From the human T2T-CHM13v2.0 reference genome, Homo sapiens: a stretch of DNA of 64,000 nt. Of the stretch, positions 26,199-36,453 are shown piece by piece (positions within the stretch are counted from its first letter, which is position 1; every line of letters starts with the position of its first letter). The notes below the pieces were generated by a model that did no database searches, was not told the origin of the DNA, and saw only the letters and a program-made list of their open reading frames with translations. The stretch lies in the NCBI RefSeq assembly GCF_009914755.1, contig NC_060927.1; one strand, 5' to 3'. The translations under genes were made by a program, and so were the position numbers.

Positions 26199-27729
26199 AC
26201 CTACAGACTAGCAGCAGTAAGTCCTTACCTATAAATAATCAGGATAATCAGGATAATTTAATCCATTTACTTTAAATGTAAATAAATTACGGAATCAAAA
26301 GACATAGAATGTCTAAATTGATTTTTAAAAACAAGATTCAACTATATGCGACTATAGAAGACTCACTTTAGCTTAAAGGACACATATAGGCTGAAAGTCA
26401 ATGAAGAGAAAAAGATATTCTATGCAAATTGTAAGCAAAAAAGAATAGGGGTGACTATACTTATATCAGACAAAAGACACTTTAAGTCAAAAACTGTCAT
26501 AAGAGACAAAGAAGGTCATTGCATAATAATAAAAGGGTCATTTCATCAAGAAGGTAAAACAACTATAAATATATATATATATGCACCCAACATCAGAACA
26601 TTTAAATATATTAAGGAAATATAACCAAAACTGAAGGTAGAAACAGACAGCAATACAATAATAGTAGGGGACTTCAGTACTCATTTTAAATAATGACTAG
26701 GTCATCTAGACAGAAAAACAATCAAGAAACAGTAGATCTGAATAACAATATAGACCAAGTGGGCCTAACAGACATATACAAAACATTCCATTCAAAAGAA
26801 GTAGAATACACACACTTTACAAGTGCATATGAAACATTCTCTAGGACAGATTATATCTTGGGCCACCAAACAGTCTTGAAAATTTAAGAAGATTGAAATC
26901 ATATCAAGTATCTTTTCCAACCACAATAGTATGAAATTAGAAATCAATAATGGAGGAAAACTGGAAAATTCACAAATATGTGGAAATTACTCCTGAACAA
27001 CCAATTGATCAAGAAAGAAATCAAAAGGGAAATTTAAAAATATATTGAAACAAATAAAAATGGAAACATAGCATACAAAAATGTAGGGGACATGGCAAAA
27101 GCAGTTTTAAAAGGGAAGTTTATAATAAGAAACACCTATATTAAGGAAAAAGAAAGATATCAAATAAACAACTTAACCTCATACCTCAAGTAACTAAAAA
27201 AATAAGAACGAACAAACCCAAAAGTTAGCAGAAGGAAGGAAATAATAGAAAGCAAAGCAGAGACAAATAAAATTAAGTTTAGAAAAACAACCGAAAGAAC
27301 AAAAAAACTAAGAGTTTGCTTTTTGAAAAGATAAACAAAATTGACAAACCTTTAGCTAGACTAATAAAAAATGAGAGAAGCCTCAAATAAATAAAATTAT
27401 AAATGAAAGATGTGACATGACAACTGACACCACAGAAATACAAAGGATTATAAAAGATTATTACTATGAGCCATTTTACAAGCCAAAAAATTGGATAACC
27501 TAAAAGAAATGGATAAATTTTTAGAAACACGTAACCTACCAAGACTAAAATATAAAGAAATAGAAAATCTAAACAGACCACTGAGTAAGGAAATTAAATC
27601 AGTAATCAAAACTTCCCCACAAAGAAAAGCCCAGAATCTGCTTGCTTCAAAGGTGAATTCTACCAAACGTTTAAAGAATTAATGCCAATCCTTCTCAAAC
27701 TCTTCCAAAAAATTGAAGAGGAGGGAACA

Positions 27730-28119
27730 TGCTATGGTCTGAATGCATCCCTCAATATTCACGTGTTGGAGACTTAATCCACAATGCAAGAGTACTGTGA
27801 GGTGGGACATTTTGAGAGATGTTTAAGTCATGAAGGTTCTGCCCTTATGAATGGATTAACGCCATTATAAAAGGGCTTGACAGAGGGAGTTTGGCCCTTT
27901 ATGCCTTTGTGCCTTTGGCTTTGTGAGGATACAGCCTTCCTCCTCTCTGGAAGATACAGCATTCAAGGTGCCATAATGGAGCAGAGAGCTGCCCTCAGCA
28001 GAGGCAGGCACTTTGAATTGGACTTCTCAGCCTCCAGAAATGTAAGAAATAAATTTCTGTTCTTTACAAACTACCCATTCTCAGGTATGTTGTTATAGCA
28101 GCATGAACAAACGAAAACA
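27730..28119 (+). mobile_element. MSTC/MSTD-type MaLR solo LTR
   Basis: tgctatggtctgaatg...ttgttatagcagca...aaaca. 5-bp TSD GAACA/GAATA at 27725-27729 and 28120-28124 within the host L1 ORF2. Confidence 0.85.
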
Positions 28120-28750
28120 GAATACTTCCAATCTCATTTACAAGGCCAGCATTACCCTGATACCAAAGCCAACAAGAATACTACGAGAAAAAAAAATTAC
28201 AGTCCAATATCCCTGATGAATATAGACGCAAAAATCCTCAACAAAAGACTAGCAAACAGAACTCAACAACATATCAAAAGAGTCATACTTCATGATCTAG
28301 TGGAATTTATTATTGGGATGAAGAATTGTTCAACATATGCAAATCAATAATGGGCTATGCCACATTAATAAAATAAAAGATAAAAATCACAGGATCATCC
28401 CAATAGATGCAGAAAAAGCACTTATCAAAATTTATCCTTTCATGATAAAGACTCTCGACAAATTGGGCATAAGATGAATGTGCCTCAACATAATCAAGGT
28501 TATACATGATAAGCCCACAGCTAACTTAATACTCAATGGAGAGAAGCTGAAAACTTTTCCTCTAAGATCAGGGACACGACAAGGATGCCCACTTTTGCCA
28601 CTTCTTTTCTATATAGTACCTGGCGCCTTCTTTTCACTTTAGTACCTTGCTACAATTAGGCAAGAAAAAAAACAATAAAATCATCCGAATCTGGAAGGAG
28701 TAAAATTGCATCTGTTTGCAGATGACATGATCTTAAATAGAGAAAACTCT

Positions 28751-31520
28751 GAGGGGAGGGACCAAGATGGCTGACTGGAAGCAGCTGCCGTCAGCGGCAC
28801 CAGGAAGAACGAAAACGGCAAGTGAATCCTGCACCTCCAGCTGAGGTATCCAGGTTCTCTCATCTGGGCTGACTAGGCGGTTGGTGCAACCCATGGAGAG
28901 TGAGAAAAAGCAGGGTGGAGTGACGGCCCACTGGGAGCTGCACAGAACAAGTGGAGCTCTCACCCCCAGACAAGGGAGGCAGTGAGTAATTGTGCTACCC
29001 TGCTCGGGAAACCACGCTTTTTCTATGAACCTGTACAACCTGCAAATCAGGAGATTCCCTCATGAGCCCATGCCACCAGAGCCGTGGGGCCCAAGCAAAG
29101 AGCTGTGCAGACACTCAGCAGCCACTCCGGTTGAAGCCAGTGGCAGCAGGCTGGAGACTGCCTAAGATGACCAAGTTCCCAAGGGGAGGGGCAGCTGCCA
29201 CAGCAAACCATAGCAGCCCTATAGAAGACGGGCCTGACTGTTAAAAGAGAAACAAACAAACAAAAAGCAACAACGACAACGACGTCAATAAAAAAGCCCC
29301 TACAAAAACCCCATCCAAAGGTCAGCAGCCTCAAAGATCAAGCAAAGGTAGATAAGCTTACAAAGATGAGAAATAATCAACACAAAAATGCTAAAAACTC
29401 AAAAACCCAGAGTGCCTATTCTCCTCTAAGTGATTGCAATACATCTCCAGCAAGAACACAGAACTGAACTGAGGCTGAGATGGATGAACTGACAGAAGTA
29501 GGCTTCAGAAGTTGAAGAATAATGAACTTCACTGCGCTAAAGGAGTATGTTCTAACCCAATGCAAAGAAGCTAAGAACCCTGATAAAACATCACAGGAGC
29601 TGTGAATGAGAATAACCGGTTTAGAGAGGAACATAAATGACTTGATAGAGCTGAAAAACACAACATGAGAACTTCACAATGCAATCACAAGTATCAATAG
29701 CTGAAGAGACCACGCAGAAGAAAGAATCTCAGAGCTTAAAGACTGTCTTGCTGAAATAAGACAGACAGACGAGATTAGAGAAAAAAGAATGAAAAGGAAG
29801 GAACAAAAGCTCTGAGAACTATGGGATTATATACAAAGACCAAACTTATGACTGATTGGGGTACCTGAAAGAGATGGTGAGAATGGAACCAAGTTGGAAA
29901 ACATACTTCAGGATATCATCCAGGAGAACTTCCCCAGTCTAGAAAGACAGGCCAACATTTAAATTCAGGAAACCCAGAGAACCCCAGTAAAATACTCCAT
30001 GAGAAGATCAACCCCAAGACACAGAATCATCAGATTCTCCAAGGTCAAAATGAAGGAAAAATGTTAAGGGCAGCCAGAGAGAAAGGTCAAGTCACTTAAA
30101 AAGGGAAGCCCAGCAGACTGACAGTGGACCTCTCAGTGGAAACTTTACAAGCCAGAAGAGATTGGGGGCCAATATTCAGGAAATTGAAACAGGACCCCTT
30201 CCTCACACCTTATACAAAAATCAGCTCAAGATGGATTAAAGACTTAAATGTAAAACCCACAACCATAAAAACCCTAGAAGAAAATCTAAGCAATACCATT
30301 CAGGATATAGGCATGACAAAACTTCAAAAGCAATTGCAACAAAAGCAAAAATTGACAAATAGGATCTAATTAAACTAAAGAGCTTCTACACAGCAAAAGA
30401 AACTATCATCAGAGCAAACAGACAACCTAAAGAATGGGAGAAAATTTTTGCAATCTATCCATATGGCAAAGGTCTAATATCCACAATCCACAAGGAACTT
30501 AAACAAATTTATAAGAATAAAACAAACAACCCCATTAAAAAGTGGGCAGAAGACATGAACAGACACTTCTCAAAAGAAGACACATATGTGGCCAACAAAC
30601 ATATGAAAAAAAGCTCAACATCACTTATCATTAGAGAAATGCAAATCAAAACCACAATGAGATACTATCTCACGCCAGTCAAATCCCAATTATTAAAAAA
30701 ATCAAGAAACAACAGATGCTGGTGAGGCTGTAAAGAAAGAGGAATGCTTTTACATTGTTGGTGGGAATGTAAATTAGTTCAACCATTGTGGAGGACAGTG
30801 TGGTGATTCCTCAAAGACCTAGAACCAGAAATACCATTTGACCCAGCTATCCTTCCACTGGTTATATACCCAAAGGAATATAAATCATTCTATTATAAAT
30901 ATATACGCATGTGTATGTTCATTGCAGCACTATTCGCAATAGCAAAGACATGGAATCAACCCAAATGCCCATCAGTGATAGATTGGATAAAGAAAATGTG
31001 ATACATATACACCATGGAATATTATGCAGCCATAAAAAGGAATAAGATCATGTCCTTTGCAGGGACATGGATGGAGCTGGAAGCCATTATCCTCAGCAAA
31101 CTAATGCAGGAACAGAAAACCAAACACTGCATGTTCTCACTTATAAGTTGGCGCTGAACAATGAGAACATATGGACACAGGGAAGGGAAAAACACCCACT
31201 GGGGCCTGTGGTAGGTGGTGGGGGTTGGGAGAACATCAGGAAAAATAGCTAATGTGTGCTGGGCTTTAATACCTAGGTGATGGATTGATAGGGCAGCCAG
31301 TCAAATACCCTTTTATTGCCATCGGGCAGACAGCATCTATTATGTACTTCTCTACCATCCTCACCCTCATACCACTCACCAGCCTAATTGCAAATAAACT
31401 ACTTAGGTGATAGATTGATAGGTGTAGCAAACTACCATGGCACATGTTTACCTATGAAACAAACCTGTACATCCTGCACATGTACCCTGAAACTTAAAAT
31501 AAAAATTAAACAGAAAAAAA
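28751..31520 (+). mobile_element. L1PA (approx. L1PA7-10) with both ends intact but internally deleted (2.77 kb)
   Basis: 5' gaggggagggaccaagatggc (YY1 site 28763-28771), ORF1 from about 29367, a jump to late ORF2 near 30180, then 3' UTR and A-tail. TSD AGAAAACTCT/GGAAAACCCT at 28741-28750 and 31521-31530; the host L1 resumes in register. Confidence 0.9.
31291..31404 (+). pseudogene. NUMT: 3' end of mitochondrial cytochrome b (MT-CYB-derived)
   Basis: In the vertebrate mitochondrial code it reads [38 protein letters not shown]. That is about 26/38 identical to the human CYTB C-terminus as I recall it ([38 protein letters not shown]). C/A-rich, G-poor composition typical of the mtDNA L-strand. 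Confidence 0.92.
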
Positions 31521-32647
31521 GGAAAACCCTAAAGACTCCAGTAAAAAAGTGTTCAAACTAATAAACAAATCCAGTAATGTTGCAGGATAGAAAGTTAACT
31601 TGCAAAAAATCAGTAGCATCTCTATATACTAACAACAAACTATCTGAAAAAGAAATTAGGAAAACAATCCCATTTACAATAGCTTCAAGACAATAAATAT
31701 AACAGGAATAAATTTAATCAAGAAGGCAAAAGGCTTGTACACTGAAAACTATAAAACATTGCTAAAAGCAACTGAAGACACAAATAAATGGAAAGATATC
31801 CCATGTTCACGAATTTGAAAAATTAATATTGCTTAAATCTCCATACTACCCAAAGCATTCTACAGATGCAAATCAATCTCTATGAAAATTCCGATGTCAT
31901 TTTTCACAGAAATAGAAAAAAAAATCCTAAAACTCATATGAAACCAAAAAAGACCCTGAATAGCTAAAGCAATCTTCAGCAAAAAATGAATCTGGAAGCA
32001 TCATGCTACTTGATTTCAAAATATACTACAAAGCTATAGTAATCAAAACAGTAAGGTGCTGGCATAAAAACAAACATACAGATCAATGGAACTGAATAGA
32101 AATTCCAAATATAAATCCATGCACTTGTAGTCAATTTTTCTTTGCAAAATTGCCGGGAACATGCAATAGGGGAAAGAGAATATCTTTAATAAATAATGTT
32201 GGAAAAACTGGATATCCATATGCAAAAAAGTAAAATTGGACCCTTATCTCACACTACATGTAAAAACCAACTAAAATAGATTAAAGACTTAAATACAAGA
32301 GCTGGAACTGCAAAACTGCCCAAAGAAAACATAAGGAAAAAGCTTTTTGACATTGATCTGGCCAATGATTTTTTTTTAAATAAAACCCCAAAACGGGTAG
32401 CAAAGGAAAAATAGGCAAATGGGATTGCATCAAACTAAAAAGCTTTTGCACAGCAAAGGAAACATAGACGTTGAACACCAAAACAGATGTTACAATTTTT
32501 CTTCAACCATCACATACGTGATTTAAGGACCACAAGGAGAAAGATAGCTTGTTTTATTTAGTTTATATGCAGTTTATTATTAATTACTTTGATTTTTTTT
32601 CCATTACACTTTATTTCCTTTCTGCTTGGAGAGCTTCCTTTGCCATT

Positions 32648-32780
32648 CTTTTAGACAGGGTCTCCCTCTGTCACCTAGGCCGGAGTGCAGTAGCATGAGC
32701 ATAGATAGCTCAGTGTAATGACGCACCTCAGCCTCCTCTGAGTAGCTGGGATTACAAGCATAAGCTACAGCACTCATCTC
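32648..32780 (-). mobile_element. Degenerate Alu monomer/AluJ fragment
   Basis: agacagggtctccctctgtcacctaggccggagtgcagt...cctcagcctcc...agtagctgggattaca. Confidence 0.75.
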
Positions 32781-32790
32781 CCTTATAGCT

Positions 32791-33245
32791 ATTCTCTAAG
32801 GGGAGATATATAGATACATATATATCTATATATGTATATAGAGATGTATATATGTATACATATACATATACATGTATATGTATACGTATACATATACATG
32901 TATATGTATATATACATATACATGTATATGTATACGTATACATATACATGTATATGTATATATACATATATATCTATATATGTATATATAATATATAGAT
33001 GTATATGTATATATACATATATAGATGTATATGTATATATACATATATAGATGTATATGTATATATACATATATAGATAGATACATATATCTCTATATAG
33101 AGAGAGATATATAGAGAGAGATACATATAGATATATCTCTATATATAGAGAGAGAGATATAGATACATAGATCTCTATATATAGAGATATATATAGAGAG
33201 ATACATATAGATATATATGTATCTATATATCTCCCCTTAGAGAAT
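32791..33245. repeat. AT-rich (TA/TATG/GA) compound repeat bounded by perfect 41-bp inverted repeats
   Basis: 32791-32831 is the exact reverse complement of 33205-33245. Confidence 0.92.
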
Positions 33246-34319
33246 TTTCTAAGGGTATTATTTTCTCTGTGTTGTTCAGATTAAGTCCTATTGATCTGTC
33301 TTCAAGTTCAGTGATTCTATCTTCTGTCATTTCCACTCTACCGTTGAGTCCTTCCAGTGAGGTTTTCCACTTCTTAAATGAACTTGTAATCACTCATTCA
33401 ATCAATTTTATGATAATTGCTTTACAGCTTTTGTCAGATAATTCTATTATCTGATTCATGTCAGCTGTCTTTTTCTCATCAAAATTGTGATTTTTCTTGT
33501 ATGACAGGTTTCTTGGTATAATGGGTTATTTTCTTGGTATGACAGGTGATTTTCTATTGTATCTTGGACATTTTAGATATATGTTTAAGAGGTGGGGTTT
33601 TTTTCCTATTTACATTCTATGTATATCTTTTACCTAATAGGAAGTCATCTGTTTTGGTTTAGCATAGTAGTTCAGTCTGACCAAAGGAGTGGAAGAGTCT
33701 CCTCCCCGGGTCACTGATATCACTGCTAGGGGCAGAGAGGCTCTACCAGCAGTTTGGGGCTGGTGATAGATTGAGCTACCCTGGCTCTGCTGATGAAGCT
33801 GCTGTAGGCATCCTGCGCTCACCACTTCTGGCAGATGTAAGACAGGAAAATGGGTTGGCTTACTGAGGGCTTGGCTGGCAACATTTCTGGGCAGACTGGG
33901 CCATTACTAAATCCCAGTTGGGCTTCTCCTGTTCCACTCCTTTGGCCAGAGAAAGCAGGCATTCCCTTCCCCTTTCTTCCTTCCTTCCACCTTTCCTCTC
34001 TCACTTTCTCCTTCTTCCTTTCCCTCTTTCATTCCTTCCCTCCACCAATTCTTGCTGGCAATTCAGGGCTGCAGGGCTCTCCAGTGCCCAGTAAGATATA
34101 TATGGGAGATGGGAAGAAAAGTCAGGAAACTCACCATGATGCCGTTCTTCAAGTCCTCAGGTCCCTAGCCAATCCACTTTCTTCTTTACTACCTGTCAAA
34201 GTCCTTTTATGATTGCCTGTCGTACTATTTTCAGGTACTCAATTGTATTTGGAGGGAAGGAACAAGTATTAGTGACTTTATGACACCCTGTTGCAGAAAT
34301 GGAAGCCACTAAATACTTT

Positions 34320-34455
34320 TTAAAAACAGATTATTTTTCACTTACTCTTTGAAAATACCATCAATGATTTAAAGTGAAAAGAAGCAAAGTAACTTGATTA
34401 AGGTGACCCAGCAAATTAGCGGCAAAGTGAGGTTCACACTCAGACAGACTCAAGA
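34320..34455 (-). mobile_element. MIR right half
   Basis: aagtaacttgattaaggtgacccagcaaattagcggcaaagtgaggttcacactcagacagact. Confidence 0.6.
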
Positions 34456-36429
34456 AGCCCCAGCTCCTGCTTCAGGCTCCACACAACTACCCCAGGAGTC
34501 TTTTAGAGAAGGAACTCTCAGCCCCCTTCCTGCACCTGCACATATAGTTATACATTCCCACGAGATGAAGGAGGGAAAAGAACTAGTTTCTAACTGGGGA
34601 ATTTAGTTGTTTGCAAAACCTGATCTTCCATTTCAGATTCATTCCCAAATGACATAAAGCTACATGGGAAATAAATTCAAACACATTCAAGCCAACTCAC
34701 TGTGTTGGTAAATATTCTGTTGGCTGAAATGCCAAACACAAAGCGAAGAAGAGGAGCTTCCTAATACCACTAAGATCTGCATTCCTATCGTGGGGCTGGC
34801 ACATAGGAGGTTCTCAGTAAATATTCCTCAACTGAAAACAAAGTGAACCAGCCGTTTAAAACACTGGATAAGGCTTGGCTCATATACCTCCTACCAAACA
34901 GTGTCCCTGAGAACAACCAACCACATCATGACACCCTGTGGAATATTTGAGATACTGCACTATACAAGCTCTACCAAAGCCCAAATTCAAATGGACGGGT
35001 GAAAGCAGAAAATAAGACCGCTCCCCAAAGTGCATAATCAATGTTTAAAGGTCTAGAATGCTCTTTTATCGTCAGCAGTCTGACTTCAATGAATAAGGTA
35101 CTCTAAAATAAAAGTAGCGGCTTCCCAATTCTCGGTGCTTAACTGAATTTCAGATCATTTATACAATTCATTTTCTCTTAAAACTAATTTTAAAATGTGG
35201 TCGAAACCCCTAACCAAGACAACATGTTTCCAAATGGTAAGGAATTTTGTGTAATTTTTCCTTTAGACATAAAATGAACAGGCAGCAAATTTAAAACATC
35301 CCCAAATTGTCCTAAAACGGAACATCCTGAAAAAGTCCAATGATGGAATGGCAGGCAAAATCCAAAGGAGCTTCTAGAAATATTTTATGATTTCAAAATA
35401 TTAATAAGTGATTACTGTAGGCAAGATCTTCATGGTTTGCTAACCGTGGCTAAACGTATTGAGAGGATGGCAGAGCGGCCAAGAGGTCTGGAGCCCGCAA
35501 AATGAAAAAAACTCCTAATATAGTGTAAAGTCATTTCTGCTGGATATCGTGATAGTCAGAAAGAAGATTTATTTTTGTTTGTTTTCCATATAAAAACCTG
35601 AAGACCTATCAAATTTAGTATGTAAAATATTCTAGTTTTTCAACATTTTGTACTCCCCAAATAAAATAAAAAGCAGAGTGTACACAAGGGGATCATTGTG
35701 TGTGGCAAAAGTACATTTGCACACATTGAACAGAAAATGATTAAGAATTTTTTATGGCACTAATTTTATTGGAAAGTCATAGCTATATATGTTATATAGC
35801 GTTGGGATCAAGTTTCAACCATGCATATACCTTTCATTTGTAATGGACTTCTTTATTTATTCAAATAGTGTCTGACATCAGAAAAATTGGACTGCTTATC
35901 GGAAACACAAGACACTCAGAAAAAAAAAGAGGAATTAAAAAGGAAGCAATAGGACAAGTAAAAAAAAATCTTTTAAAATCTTTAAACTCTCATGAAAACC
36001 ACATGCAAATGACTGATTCTGAGAAATATATCACAGATCTTCCACAGATTTTCGTTAATACATTTTCTTTTAATACTCATACGTTCATTTTCTACCCTCT
36101 AACTCTATTCTAAACTTATAAGTTAGTTGACAAGATAGTACCTGCCTTTCATGGTTGCTTTGTTACTGTTTAATTCCTCATCTACAATTCAATTGCAACT
36201 AACTTTAAAATTCAAACACATCATCTAATCTTTGACTATTTAAATAATGTATATTTTAGTAATTAAGATTTGTCAGTAAGATCACTTAAAAAAAATCATT
36301 AAACTCTTCAGGATAAAAGTCTTTTCTTGTCCACACACTGTCAATAAACAAAGTGCTAATCTTGTCACTTTCTTGGCCACTGTCTCAGGAATGCTTCTTA
36401 AGTACTCAAAGGATTAAATTAAATCTCAC

Positions 36430-36453
36430 CTGCAGACAGGCTTTACAATTCGG
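36430..36453 (-). CDS. ERC2: Candidate alternative 24-nt ERC2 microexon (PNCKACLQ), unverified
   Basis: ttttCAG|CCGAATTGTAAAGCCTGTCTGCAG|GTGAGA on the minus strand. Phase 0, no stop, in a repeat-poor block. Confidence 0.35.

Larger units (their letters stand above)
22962..32466 (+). mobile_element. Old L1 (L1MA/L1M2-3 type) with 5' UTR, ORF1 and ORF2 remnants; 3' end missing; hosts several younger insertions
   Basis: Starts with aagatggcagaatagg and has a GC-rich repetitive 5' UTR (23280-23760). ORF2 remnants at 26693-26887 and 27491-27682, and the FADD motif ctgtttgcagatgacatg near 28712. Confidence 0.85.
32467..34307 (-). mobile_element. L1MC remainder (inter-ORF, ORF1, 5' UTR)
   Basis: tctattgatctgtcttcaagttcagtgattct...ttttgtcagataattc ORF1-like sequence on the minus strand; ends at a TSD-like sequence at 34308. 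Confidence 0.65.

Noticed and set aside
29190-30190. L1 deletions as spliced integrants (SpIRE)
   Set aside because: The junctions do not appear to match GT-AG boundaries in the consensus as I recall it; microhomology fits better.
32752-33086. Tyr/Ile-rich ORFs
   Set aside because: Translations of the TA-rich repeat.
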